In this document: in pieces, positions 1 to 10,119 of the stretch | Layout of the letters: every line of letters begins with the position of its first letter | Numbering within the stretch: position 1 is the first letter of the stretch | From: an uncultured Bacteroidota bacterium | Lineage (GTDB): Bacteria > Bacteroidota > Ignavibacteria > UBA10030 > UBA6906 | Assembly: GCA_963700635.1 (NCBI GenBank) | Contig: CAVOYH010000004.1 | Location: forward strand, 512,001-576,000 | Reading direction: 5' to 3' | Length of the DNA: 64,000 nt | The notes under the pieces: model-generated | What the model was told of the DNA's origin: nothing | Database searches by the model: none | What the model saw: only the letters and a program-made list of their open reading frames with translations | Translations under genes and position numbers: made by a program

Positions 1-653
1 GCGGTGCCGTCTTTTGAAAGGCAACGTAACTCGGTAGGAATGGACTCCCAGCTTATCTTCGTCCCTCTGGCAATACGCTCATCCGGGAGCAAATCCGTAA
101 TAGGCCGGCCGACAAGTTCAGGGTCCGTAAAATCTGTCAGCGTGAGGGTGGCACGGTTTACGGCACTGATGACACCGTCGGCGGATGTAACAATGAGCAT
201 GTCGGCCATTGCATCGAAAATATTTTCTATAAAGGCCTTCGAGGCGGTCATTGCGTGCATCAATAACAACGCGTCAATCGAAGTCTGTGTTCGCTTCTGA
301 ATCTCCTCCATCCATTCCGTCACATCCTCGACGATCAACACTAGCGAATCTGTTGACCTGGTATCGCGGGATACGGTGACCGTAATATAGAGAGGGGGAG
401 TGTTATCATGCGGACGGGAGATGCCGCGGATGATCAGGGAACGGCGGTCGGCGCTGAGGACGTCCGCGAGATCGTCCTCTGTGCCCACAAGCTCCGGAAA
501 AGCGAGACGGACGTCATTGCCCACAGTCACCGCGCTTGGATCATCCGCAAGCCTGGCAGCGTGTTCGGAGATCCCCGTGATCAACAGAGCCCTGTCGAGC
601 ATCACGAACTCGACCACCCTCGGGCGGAACATACTGTCAATCGTGAGATCCAT
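1..653 (-). CDS. PAS-domain signal transduction protein, N-terminal part (runs off window); output domain not visible
   Basis: Manual translation from ATG at 653: MDLTIDSMFRPRVVEFVMLDRALLITGIS...LVLIVEDVTE...FIENIFDAMADMLIVTSADGVISAVNRATLTLTDFTDPELVGRPITDLL. The last segment is a classic PAS start. The frame is open to the window edge and overlaps the GTPase stop. Confidence 0.8.
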   Translation of the reverse strand, partial: MDLTIDSMFRPRVVEFVMLDRALLITGISEHAARLADDPSAVTVGNDVRLAFPELVGTEDDLADVLSADRRSLIIRGISRPHDNTPPLYITVTVSRDTRSTDSLVLIVEDVTEWMEEIQKRTQTSIDALLLMHAMTASKAFIENIFDAMADMLIVTSADGVISAVNRATLTLTDFTDPELVGRPITDLLPDERIARGTKISWESIPTELRCLSKDGT

Positions 654-1176
654 TTCCCATGTCCCTGAGAAGGTGGGATCCGAGCTGTATGAAGAGCTCA
701 TCAACGCCTTCTCCTGATTTTGCGGATGTATGATGCGTTGCCAACACCCCGGTGTTGTCTCCCGAGATGTCGATCATCGCATCATTCTGCGCGTCGCCCT
801 GCAGATCCATCTTGTTCAGCGCGACAACAATCCGCCCGGTCGGATTGATCCGCCTGAAACGGCCAACATGACCCCGGATCTCTTCAACCGTGGAGGGCCG
901 GGTGAGATCTCCCACAATAACTGCTCCCCGGGCTCCTTTGAGATAGGTCGAAGAAATATCGAGCCATGTGTGGCCCCCCTCAAGATCCCACAAAACAAGC
1001 TGAAGATCGTCCTCCCGGCCGCTCTCTGGCGCCGGAATCCGAAGCAGCTTCCGGCTGATTTTTACCCCCACCGTCGAGAGATAGGCGTCGCTGAATGAGC
1101 GGTCGACAAAACGCCGGATCAGGCTTGTTTTTCCGACCGAAACCTCTCCCAGAATGCACACTTTTGCGAGTTTCAT
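637..1176 (-). CDS. Ras-superfamily (Rab-like, Rup-type) small GTPase
   Basis: G1 GEVSVGKT, G2 YLSTVG, G3 WDLEG, G4 NKMD, G5 TSAK; 179 aa single domain. Confidence 0.92.
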   Translation of the reverse strand: MKLAKVCILGEVSVGKTSLIRRFVDRSFSDAYLSTVGVKISRKLLRIPAPESGREDDLQLVLWDLEGGHTWLDISSTYLKGARGAVIVGDLTRPSTVEEIRGHVGRFRRINPTGRIVVALNKMDLQGDAQNDAMIDISGDNTGVLATHHTSAKSGEGVDELFIQLGSHLLRDMGNGSHD

Positions 1177-3056
1177 TGGCGACGGACTGAATCGGGTGAG
1201 AGGAGTGTGAACCTGACACAGCGGCTGAGGCTGTCCTGGGCGACAGGCGTGCTCCCTGGAGGCGGAGCGGGATTTCCCTCTACGATCATTCGGGCCGCCG
1301 GAATGCCGGACCGGAGCAGGACAGCCTGAGCGGCCCGTGCCCGTCCGAGGGCGATCCGCTGATTTCCGGATCTGTCGCCCGAGAGATCACTGTGCCCGAT
1401 AATACGTAACGTTGACCATGGCGTTTCTTCCACAATGTCGTGGACCTGCTTCAGAACGGCATGTCCTGCGGGACCGACCTCGATGGAATTCACATCGAAC
1501 AATAATCGTGGTGCAATGTCATTCCGACCCGGGGAAACCAGGTGCTGGAACGATCGCAGCCCGGGAAGGTCGGCGAACGTTCGTCTGATATTCTCCGCCG
1601 TTGAGGAATCCGGCGCGATGCCCGAGACAATGAGCTCCGGTCCTTTCCACTGAACGTCAAGATACACGCCGTCCATGGTGTTTAATGCCGACGTAATCGC
1701 CCCCGTGCTCGTGGTGAGCAGAACCGGAAAAGGAGGAGCAGGTCCCGGGGCAATGTGGTTTTCGATAAGCGGAGCGGGTGGTCCGATGCCGGCTGCCAAT
1801 CCGGCCCTCTCACGCTGATACTCATTCGCGACAGATCCCGTAAGACGGAGGACACCCCGGTTTGCCTCAACGGTGACATCTCTGAACGATACGGAGTCTG
1901 TCGCGCGCAGAACGGCCATGGTTCGGATTTCAGTGTTCCGGTCGGTGTTATTGCGATAAAGATACACCCCCAGGGGGATGCAGGCCGCGATGAGGAGAAG
2001 CAGTCCCACGGCGATCACAGCACGCGGTTTGGAACTTCGCCGTGCGGGTGTCGAACCGTATGAGCCCCTGACGAGCTTCTCCATGGAGTGCCCCACACTG
2101 TCGGGGACCCGGGTTACATCGCCAACAAACTCTGCAATATGCTCACCGGGCAGCTGGACGATCATGCTCACAGTCTCGCGTAGCTGTGTGCGGAACGCTT
2201 CATTGGGAATGCCCCGGAGCACTGCAGCCACATAACAGGTTCCTGCACCCTCGAGCACAATTCTGGATTCCCCGTATTCGATCTGGTCCAGTTCGCGGGC
2301 ACTTCTCCCGGTGTTCATTGACTCGTTAAACAGGCTCCGGATTGCCGTGAGCATTCCCGACAGGAGATCGGAGTCAAGGGCCGGAGCCTCCTGATTCTGG
2401 GACTGGGCAATAACGAGACCGGATGCTTTGTGAATAAGAAACGCCGCGTCCACCGTGCACCAGAGGGAGTCGCGAAGCAGGAGTTCCGCTTCGGAAACCC
2501 CTGTGACGCGGGAGCGGATCTTACGAGAAATTGCGCCGAGGCTGAGATGGGATTCGATTCTCTCATTCATCCTCTCAACAAGCGTGTTAAGAGTTTCTGA
2601 GAGATACTTGGATATCGTGCTGCCGATGACAGGATAGAGGGCATCGATCACCGCATCCCGTTCACTGCGGATTTGCTCTTTAATCGCTGCGCCGACCAAC
2701 GGGGCGAGATCGCGGGCAGCCGATGCAGGCGTGTTCGCATAATGAATAGCGATTGCCTCTGTGCTGGCAGGTGCCAGGGCCTGCGTCATGGCTGTCCGGT
2801 CCTGCTCAATCTTCTCACGGATTGCCTGGTCAAGGAGGGGGGTGACAGTCTTGAGTATCGCCAGACTCGTGGCCGGGTCACGGCGCCGGATCATCTCTAC
2901 AAGGACCGGTTCCAGAAGCCGGGAGAGCTGGACGGGATCCTGGACCTGACGCTGGAGAGCCTCAAGATCCTGCTGAAGGGTGTTGAGGGAGGTAACTTCC
3001 GGGGTGAGCAGAAGCTCCCGCAGCTGCTGGAACTCTGACGGCACTGCCATCAGCAA
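1173..3056 (-). CDS. Membrane protein: cytoplasmic helical region and roadblock/longin-like segment, one TM, periplasmic BON and OmpA_C domains
   Basis: FLIHKASGLVIA...DSDLLSGMLTAIRSL segment; TM VIAVGLLLLIAACIPLGVYLY; BON-like VTVEANRGVLRLTGSV; OmpA_C LLFDVNS...IIGHSDLSGDRSGNQRIALGRA. Start may be ATG 3050. Confidence 0.82.
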   Translation of the reverse strand: MLMAVPSEFQQLRELLLTPEVTSLNTLQQDLEALQRQVQDPVQLSRLLEPVLVEMIRRRDPATSLAILKTVTPLLDQAIREKIEQDRTAMTQALAPASTEAIAIHYANTPASAARDLAPLVGAAIKEQIRSERDAVIDALYPVIGSTISKYLSETLNTLVERMNERIESHLSLGAISRKIRSRVTGVSEAELLLRDSLWCTVDAAFLIHKASGLVIAQSQNQEAPALDSDLLSGMLTAIRSLFNESMNTGRSARELDQIEYGESRIVLEGAGTCYVAAVLRGIPNEAFRTQLRETVSMIVQLPGEHIAEFVGDVTRVPDSVGHSMEKLVRGSYGSTPARRSSKPRAVIAVGLLLLIAACIPLGVYLYRNNTDRNTEIRTMAVLRATDSVSFRDVTVEANRGVLRLTGSVANEYQRERAGLAAGIGPPAPLIENHIAPGPAPPFPVLLTTSTGAITSALNTMDGVYLDVQWKGPELIVSGIAPDSSTAENIRRTFADLPGLRSFQHLVSPGRNDIAPRLLFDVNSIEVGPAGHAVLKQVHDIVEETPWSTLRIIGHSDLSGDRSGNQRIALGRARAAQAVLLRSGIPAARMIVEGNPAPPPGSTPVAQDSLSRCVRFTLLSPDSVRRQ

Positions 3057-3566
3057 TCACCTGCCTGATTTTCTGCCAACGGCGTTTGTAAGTTCTTCGA
3101 GGATTTTCACACCTTTGAGTTTCGCAGCCAGTTCCTGAAGGAGATCCGCCATCGCTTCTCTGGAGACATTGGTGTCCCTCAGATCAGCCACCCGCTGCTG
3201 CAGCTCCTCCCTGAAATGCTCTTTCAGGAGAACCATCTCCGACCGGTGCTTCGTCTTGGTGCCAGCAAGTTCTTCCTGGACTGATGAAAGGGAGGTTTCC
3301 AACTGTTGGATCTTCGAGGATAGCTCCGTCCGAACTAACGATTGAGACTGGTCGATGAGTTTCTGAAGTCTGGCTCCTTCTTCGTGCAGTTCATCGAGCA
3401 GCTTCCGGGCAGAAGTGCGGGACTCCTCCTGGAATCGATCTAGTTCTGCCACAATCTCTTCAAATCGCTGGTCGTTCCGTCGTTTTTGCGGACCGAGGAT
3501 AATATCCCGGATCTGATCGATGTGGTCAGGAACGTTCTGGGATGATTCGTTTGGCGGCTTCGCCAT
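3057..3566 (-). CDS. Coiled-coil protein, first gene of the GTPase operon
   Basis: IDQIRDIILG N-terminal motif followed by charged heptads; abuts the OmpA gene; GGAG upstream. Confidence 0.75.
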   Translation of the reverse strand: MAKPPNESSQNVPDHIDQIRDIILGPQKRRNDQRFEEIVAELDRFQEESRTSARKLLDELHEEGARLQKLIDQSQSLVRTELSSKIQQLETSLSSVQEELAGTKTKHRSEMVLLKEHFREELQQRVADLRDTNVSREAMADLLQELAAKLKGVKILEELTNAVGRKSGR

Positions 3567-3741
3567 TCAAGATCTCCAAAAAAGGTGACGGGCGGGTTAT
3601 AACGGTGGGTGGCCGGCTGTTACCGCTGCTCCACATCGTTTATAGTACCTATTCTGCCCTTGATTATCAAGATTCGGTCCTCACCCGGATGCAGGGACGC
3701 GGAAAGTGGCCCGTTCCGGCCAACGCTGCGGTGTAGAGGGA

Positions 3742-5001
3742 TTACCGCGCGAGTGTCATTTTTCTTGTCAGGATCAATCCGACCACCTCCATCCGGAGCA
3801 GATAGACCCCGCTTGCCAGACGCCCTCCATCAAACCGAACGTCAAACGTCCCTTCCGGTTTTTCACCATTCACCAGCGTCGCCACTTCCCGGCCCAGAAT
3901 GTCATATACTGCTAACTTCAATGTCCGGCCGCCGCTGCCCGCGGTGCTCAAGGCCCCGGCGGGAACACTGTACCGGATCGTGGTGACCGGATTAAATGGG
4001 TTGGGATAATTCTGTTCGAGGGCAAAGGCGGCAGGAGGAACCTGATTGTGTGGCGCCGAGGTGGGGCCTGACACTCCCAGTTCAACTGCGATGCCGCGGA
4101 GGATCGCGTTGGCTGTCGAGTCAAATGCCCGCGCGGCGGTTGAATTCATGTCTTCGTACGTAAGGGCGAGAACGGCCTCCCTGTGATTCAGCCAGAACCA
4201 GCTCTCCGGATAGACAAGGGACGGGGCGCTGGGCCATGTGACGAAAAAATTGTGGGGTTGAATGCCCCCCGGAAAGAAACTCCTGACGCCATCGATAAAA
4301 CGTTGTTCGATAACGGCGTAGGCCGCTGACGTTCCCCCGGCAGCGTGGAACACAAAATACCTGACTTCTCCGGAAGCCGAGTGCATGTTGAGTGCGATGC
4401 GGATGGGATTACCCAATGGCATAAGCGTACCGAACATCCTCCGGAGCGTTTGTACTTCCGGCTCGCCCGGAACAGCCGTCCAGTTACTTTCGATATCAAC
4501 ATTGTGAGCGTTCCAGCGCGCGAGTCTGAGCTCCACGCCATCGGGGTTGATCATCGGGAGTATATTAAAGACGCACTCACGGCGGAGCAAACGGGAAAAG
4601 TCTGAGTTGCCAAGCAGCTGGGCGATCATCTCGTTCGTTACCCAGGTCCCCTGCACTTCAGCCGGGTGTGTCCGGGCGTGGATCCAGATACGTTTCCGCG
4701 GTTGTGGGGTTGTGGCCGTGTCTTCTATCGTGAGCATGTACAGTGCCCGGTTCTGCACGCTCGCCCCGACTGAATCGATGCGAACAAAGGGGCTGGCAGA
4801 CCATCGTAGCAGGTCGGCGCGCAGCGAATCATAACCATATCCCCAGTTCTGGGCTGCGGCCAACCGGTATGCCGCTGTTGTCGTGTCAGGCAGACCACAC
4901 GGGTCGCCGTCCCGGGCCGAGGGCAACCGTCCTTGCTCTCCGGCGTGGAGGGATGTTGTTGAGAAAATACACAGAAGAAAAAAACAGAGTTTCACATACA
5001 T
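3742..5001 (-). CDS. M14-family zinc carboxypeptidase with T9SS C-terminal sorting domain
   Basis: Signal peptide MYVKLCFFLLCIFSTTSLHA; HPAE (HxxE), NPDG, LNMHS, catalytic Glu in LTYE; C-terminal QNYPNPFNP...SGVYLLRM...RKMTLAR. Alternative start at 5034. Confidence 0.88.
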   Translation of the reverse strand: MYVKLCFFLLCIFSTTSLHAGEQGRLPSARDGDPCGLPDTTTAAYRLAAAQNWGYGYDSLRADLLRWSASPFVRIDSVGASVQNRALYMLTIEDTATTPQPRKRIWIHARTHPAEVQGTWVTNEMIAQLLGNSDFSRLLRRECVFNILPMINPDGVELRLARWNAHNVDIESNWTAVPGEPEVQTLRRMFGTLMPLGNPIRIALNMHSASGEVRYFVFHAAGGTSAAYAVIEQRFIDGVRSFFPGGIQPHNFFVTWPSAPSLVYPESWFWLNHREAVLALTYEDMNSTAARAFDSTANAILRGIAVELGVSGPTSAPHNQVPPAAFALEQNYPNPFNPVTTIRYSVPAGALSTAGSGGRTLKLAVYDILGREVATLVNGEKPEGTFDVRFDGGRLASGVYLLRMEVVGLILTRKMTLAR

Positions 5002-5166
5002 GCTGGCGGAACCGGAAGCAGAAGAAGTTTTCATGGATTTAATATCGGAACACTCTGCGCGATACGCAAGAGGAGCACTCACGATCGAGAGAAAAAGCGC
5101 CACGGGTTGCGGGTGTCGTTGTCTCGTTGTACATTGGGTTGCCATAGATACAGGAGGAATACCCAG

Positions 5167-6282
5167 GTGACATCAAAAGAACGTATGATGTGTGCGCTGC
5201 ACGGAGAAAAGCCGGACAGACTTCCCGTGACCGTGCATCAATGGCAGGGATATCATTTGAAGGAGTATCTCGATGGTGCGACGCCCCTGGAAGCATTTCA
5301 GAGGTTCGGCATGGATGCAGCGGTTCAGTACTTTGAGGATATGGGGCAGTTCTGGCTGGTGGACGCGGACTTTGCGAAGTTTTCAACCCCACAATGGCGT
5401 GATGAGGTGTCGGTCATCAGCGCAGACCCTGACAGGAGAATCAACCATCATGTCATCCGCACGCCGGAGGGTACACTTTCGTACAAGACCGCAGGCGACC
5501 GGAAGACCACGTGGATTACGGAGTATCTCGTCAAACACGACGAGGATATAGAACTTGTCCGGAAATATATGCCCGTACCCACGTTGGATCTCGCCCCGTT
5601 GCGTCGGGCGTATGATGAAGTCGGTGACCTGGGAATTGTACGCGGTTTTGTCTGGGGCGACCAGGCCGGGTGCTGGCAGCACGCGGCATGTCTTATGGAC
5701 ATCACAGAACTGATCTACAGGGCGATGGATGAACCGGATTGGGTCCATCGGTTTCTGAACATGCTGCTGGAAAAGAAACTTCAATTCGTTGAGGGGATGA
5801 AGGGGGCGAAGTTTGACGTGGTGGAAACCGGCGGAGGTGCGTCATCGTCCACGGTCATTTCTCCCGCCTTACACCGGGAGTTCTGCATGCCGTACGATCG
5901 TCAGCTCCATGATGCCCTGCATGAGCACCACTTCACGGTCAGTTATCATACCTGCGGTGGAACACGCGGAATAGAGGACTTGATTGTTCAGAACGGTGCG
6001 GATGCCTCGGAAACGCTCGCGCCAACAAGCATCGGCGGAAATCAGGAACCCTGGGAGGTGAAGGCGAAGATGGGGAATCGGATTGCCCTGATTGGCGGGA
6101 TGGATCAACACTCCGTACTCACAGAAGGAAGTATCGCCGAAATCAAAGCACAAGTAGAATTACTTTTCCAAAAAGTCGGCTACGATGGAGGGTATATTCT
6201 CTCCTGTGCCGACCATTTCTTTGAGACACCGGTCGACCATCTTGAGGCATTTGCGATGGCTGCCATATCGTGCAGATATTAG
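5167..6282 (+). CDS. Uroporphyrinogen decarboxylase/MtaA-CmuA methyltransferase superfamily protein
   Basis: GTG start after AGGAGGA; TSKERMMCALHGEKPDRLP start, YHTCG Zn motif, LIGGMDQ, GGYILS. Confidence 0.85.
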   Translation: MTSKERMMCALHGEKPDRLPVTVHQWQGYHLKEYLDGATPLEAFQRFGMDAAVQYFEDMGQFWLVDADFAKFSTPQWRDEVSVISADPDRRINHHVIRTPEGTLSYKTAGDRKTTWITEYLVKHDEDIELVRKYMPVPTLDLAPLRRAYDEVGDLGIVRGFVWGDQAGCWQHAACLMDITELIYRAMDEPDWVHRFLNMLLEKKLQFVEGMKGAKFDVVETGGGASSSTVISPALHREFCMPYDRQLHDALHEHHFTVSYHTCGGTRGIEDLIVQNGADASETLAPTSIGGNQEPWEVKAKMGNRIALIGGMDQHSVLTEGSIAEIKAQVELLFQKVGYDGGYILSCADHFFETPVDHLEAFAMAAISCRY

Positions 6283-6330
6283 AATTGGGATTCCGTTTCG
6301 AACTTGACCGGAACTTTGATTTGACCGCAC

Positions 6331-9300
6331 ATGAACCCCCTCCGCTTCGTCTGTAACGGAGTCCCCCGGGCGAACAAGCCCCTGCGACACCGCCTTATTC
6401 TTCCAGAACTTCTTCTGATTGCCGGACTTCTCTTTCCTGCTTTCCTGCAGGCTCAGACCTCGAGCTCGGGAGTGCTCAAGGGGATGGTCAGAACGGAGAA
6501 GGGAGGTCCGATACCACAGGCACACCTGGAACTGATTCACGAACCGACGGGCAGCGTGTCGAATCGGTTTGCGGGGGAAGACGGTCAGTATCTTATCGTA
6601 GGCCTCCGTGTTGGAGGCCCTTACCGGCTAAAAGTCAGCCATATAGGATTCGGAACTCAGGTCCGGCAGGGACTCTTCTTCAAGCTGCTGGAGGAGGTGC
6701 GGATTGATGTTGTCCTTCTCGAGGCGGACCTGACCACGGAGGAGGTGGTAATCACCGGGCAGCAGGGTGATATGCTGAGCACGCAACGTCCGGGTGCCGC
6801 CGTGCATGTTGCGAAGGAACAGCTGGAAGCGTTACCGCTGCCGTCCGCATCGTTCGAGGACGCCGGCCGTCTCTCCCCATATATGGTCAACGGCAGTGCA
6901 CTGGGTGTGAACAGAGTGTACAATGATGTTTCGGTGGACGGTGTGGGTTTTGCCGACCAGTTCGGACTCCAGCACGTTGAGGCCAACATCGGGGGGATGT
7001 ACGATAATCCACTCACCCTGGAGTCGATCCAGGAGATCCGGGTGGACCTTTCCCCGTTTGACGTCCGGCGGAGTGGTTTTACGGGAGCTGCCATTGCCGC
7101 ATTAACCCGGAGCGGAACAAATACGTTTTCCGGGAGTCTGAACGGGGCCGTGGGGGGAGGATGGTGGGTTGGGCGGAACCCTGACGACGGCCGGTCCGAT
7201 TTCCGCGGTTTCGCCGATAAACGTGCAAGCTTCCGGGTCGGGGGCCCGATCACGGAATCGAGGGTGTTCTATTTTGTGGCCGGGGAGATTACGGGGATGC
7301 GGGTTCCGATAGAACGGAAATTCGGCGAGCCGAAAACGCAGGGGACAACATTCAGTTTCCCTGCTGGCGCCGTCACACAGTTCGCATCAACCCTTGCCAT
7401 GGTGCACGGTTATGATCCGGGGCAGTTTGATGCAGTGTTTGTGGACCGCCAGTCAGCCAACCTTTTTACTCGGTTTGATCTTATCCTCTCGTCTGAACAC
7501 CGGTTAAGCATACGGTACAATCTTCTCTCAACCCGGTCTGACCGACCGCCGCATGGCACCACGGTCTTTGCCTCGGGAACCCTTGCCCGGAATAGCACGA
7601 ACGTCCATTCTGTGATTGCGGAGGTGAACAGTATCTTTGGACCGAAGGTCGTCAATGAGCTGCTGGTGAGCTATTCGGGGAGACGGTTCACCTCTACTCC
7701 CCAGGGTACGCCGTTCCCGTCTGTGGACGTGATCGTCACAGACCGGTACGGGTGGTGGAATCACCTCACGGCAGGGAGTGAAATCGGGGGAGATGGTGAC
7801 CACCTGGTGCAGGATCATCTGGAAATACACAATAATACGAGCATCAGCCGCGGGGATCATCTTCTCACGGTAGGTGTTCAGGGGGATATCCACTGGTTCA
7901 ACAATGACATTCTGTCCTACCGTTGGGGACATTACATATTTGGTTCATACAGAGACTTCGTCGCCGGGCGGCCGCGTGAGTACGAGTACCGGTATGCGCG
8001 TAGCACAGAGGCGGACAACAGGACGCGGTGGCGGGCCATGCAGTTCGGTGCCTTTGTGCAGGATGAGTGGACGCTCTCGCCGATCACGAAGGTGTCTGCT
8101 GGTCTGAGGGTGGACCTGCCGGTGTTCCCGGATTCCCCTGCGGAAAACAGTGCGGTGCATGAAACTTTCTTTCCGCTTGGTTATGACGTCAACACGTCGT
8201 GGGTTCCGCGCGGGCAGGTCATGGTGTCGCCGCGGATGGGGGTCACGATCGTTCCCAAAGCGGATCGTTCCATACAGATCCGGGGCGGTATCGGTGTGTT
8301 TACAGGACGAATCCCGTATTCTTGGATCGGCAATCTCTACAGCAACACCGGTCTGGAGTATGTCCATATCAAGACCTCAGCCACCACACCGGCATTCGTT
8401 GCCGATCCACTCCGTCAACCCAAACCCGGGTCCGGTTCCCCGCTTGTCGAGACGTCCGAGGTGGTCGTGATCAGCAAGGACTTCGTGCTTCCCCAGGTCG
8501 TGCGGTGGACTGTTGCGCTGGACTACGCCTTCCCGTGGAATATTATGGGATCGCTGGAGGCCGTGTATTCACGGACAAGGAACGGGGTTGTGTTCAAGAA
8601 CATCAACCTGAGACCGTCCGGAACACTTAATGCGGAGAGAAGTGGTGATGGGAGGGACGTGTATGGGCGAAGTCGTCTTCTGGGGGGGTGGGATTACGCC
8701 CGGAACGACGACCGATACACCGATGTGATGTACCTGAGTAATGCTGATGCCGGGACATCAACATTCCTTACCGCGCAGCTCCAGTGCCGGCCTGACGGGG
8801 ACGGGCTTTTTGCGAGTATCGCGTACAGCACGGGGGAGACGATGGATGTGAACAGCGGGACGTGGGACAATGCATACGATCAATGGCGGTACAATCCCGC
8901 TTACCATCCAAACAATCCCCGTCTGGACTTCTCCGCGTTTGACCGCAAACACCGTATCACGGTGGCCGTTGTATACCAGTATGACTGGTCACCGGGGTAC
9001 AGCACAACCATCGGCCTTGTCTATACCGGCGCCTCCGGAATTCCGTATTCGTACGTGTATGACGGTGATGTGAACGGGGACGGAGAATCAATGAATGATC
9101 TGTTCTATATCCCGGCCCGGTCTTCTGAGATCCTGCTTGCGGATGATGAGGGTAATCTTCTCTTGCCCGACGACGCGGCCTACAACTTGTTGTTCGGGTA
9201 CATTGCACATGATGACTACCTGTCCACACGCCGCCGGCAGGTCGCCGAACGTAATGGTGCGCGCACACCCTGGACACATCAACTGGATTTACGCATTGCG

Positions 9301-9552
9301 CAGACCGTGCCGCTGAGGTGCAACGACCGGTTGGAGATCGATGCTGAAGTGCTGAACCTGCTCAACCTTTTGAACCCATCCTGGGGATTGGTGCAGTCGG
9401 TACCCTATCAGGTTGTGCCGGTGCTGCGGTTCTTGTGGATGGATCCGATCGGGCGGCCGCTGTTTCAGTGGTCGCCGAGAACTACGCCACTCGTTCCCGA
9501 TCCGCTGCTTTCGAGGTGGCGGTTGAGGCTCGGGATGCGATATTCGTTCTAA
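6331..9552 (+). CDS. TonB-dependent receptor (Oar-like) with carboxypeptidase-regulatory N-terminal domain
   Basis: Signal peptide, GGPY Ig-like domain, plug SIQEIRV...FTGAAIAALTRSGTN, beta-barrel strands, C-terminal RLGMRYSF. Confidence 0.92.
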   Translation: MNPLRFVCNGVPRANKPLRHRLILPELLLIAGLLFPAFLQAQTSSSGVLKGMVRTEKGGPIPQAHLELIHEPTGSVSNRFAGEDGQYLIVGLRVGGPYRLKVSHIGFGTQVRQGLFFKLLEEVRIDVVLLEADLTTEEVVITGQQGDMLSTQRPGAAVHVAKEQLEALPLPSASFEDAGRLSPYMVNGSALGVNRVYNDVSVDGVGFADQFGLQHVEANIGGMYDNPLTLESIQEIRVDLSPFDVRRSGFTGAAIAALTRSGTNTFSGSLNGAVGGGWWVGRNPDDGRSDFRGFADKRASFRVGGPITESRVFYFVAGEITGMRVPIERKFGEPKTQGTTFSFPAGAVTQFASTLAMVHGYDPGQFDAVFVDRQSANLFTRFDLILSSEHRLSIRYNLLSTRSDRPPHGTTVFASGTLARNSTNVHSVIAEVNSIFGPKVVNELLVSYSGRRFTSTPQGTPFPSVDVIVTDRYGWWNHLTAGSEIGGDGDHLVQDHLEIHNNTSISRGDHLLTVGVQGDIHWFNNDILSYRWGHYIFGSYRDFVAGRPREYEYRYARSTEADNRTRWRAMQFGAFVQDEWTLSPITKVSAGLRVDLPVFPDSPAENSAVHETFFPLGYDVNTSWVPRGQVMVSPRMGVTIVPKADRSIQIRGGIGVFTGRIPYSWIGNLYSNTGLEYVHIKTSATTPAFVADPLRQPKPGSGSPLVETSEVVVISKDFVLPQVVRWTVALDYAFPWNIMGSLEAVYSRTRNGVVFKNINLRPSGTLNAERSGDGRDVYGRSRLLGGWDYARNDDRYTDVMYLSNADAGTSTFLTAQLQCRPDGDGLFASIAYSTGETMDVNSGTWDNAYDQWRYNPAYHPNNPRLDFSAFDRKHRITVAVVYQYDWSPGYSTTIGLVYTGASGIPYSYVYDGDVNGDGESMNDLFYIPARSSEILLADDEGNLLLPDDAAYNLLFGYIAHDDYLSTRRRQVAERNGARTPWTHQLDLRIAQTVPLRCNDRLEIDAEVLNLLNLLNPSWGLVQSVPYQVVPVLRFLWMDPIGRPLFQWSPRTTPLVPDPLLSRWRLRLGMRYSF

Positions 9553-9577
9553 GGCTGTATGTATCCCCGCAGCCGGT

Positions 9578-10054
9578 CTATTTTACTCTTGAGGCTATTG
9601 TCTTTGCCAGATCGGTCAGCTGCGCGACTGTGAGCATGAACTTTTTACCGTAGGATGCTGGATCGGCAAACGCAGTCAGGGCGACACATCTGGATCCTTT
9701 GGTGAAGACCACCAGATTTGACGGTGACTTTGGTACCGTCCCACCTACCATGGCCTGATCTCCCACTCCGTTGAGGTCGGCCTTGAAGAAGTACTGCTTG
9801 AACCCGACATACTGACTTTTGTCCACGATCTGGACCATCAATGCGAGATTGCCGTCGGCGGTTGCAAAATTGAGGTCTCCCCCCGCACCGGTCGCCGAGC
9901 CTTTGGCGACTGACTTTACTCCTTTGAGCCCCGTGGCTTTTTCGACATCGCTGATCTTCAGGTGGTTGTCGAACGGCCCTGCATACGCCATGATGGAACA
10001 AAAGAAGAGCATGGCTGTGGCTGCTGTCACTCTGGAAACAAAGCGCGTATTCAT
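9578..10054 (-). CDS. Secreted hypothetical protein
   Basis: Signal peptide ending AYA; GVGDQA and terminal LAKTIASR helix; AAGGA upstream. Confidence 0.75.
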   Translation of the reverse strand: MNTRFVSRVTAATAMLFFCSIMAYAGPFDNHLKISDVEKATGLKGVKSVAKGSATGAGGDLNFATADGNLALMVQIVDKSQYVGFKQYFFKADLNGVGDQAMVGGTVPKSPSNLVVFTKGSRCVALTAFADPASYGKKFMLTVAQLTDLAKTIASRVK

Positions 10055-10119
10055 TGTTAGAGGTCCTTGATGGTTGATGGTTGAGTCGGGTTGCGTGTTT
10101 CCAGATTGTCCACAGTCTG

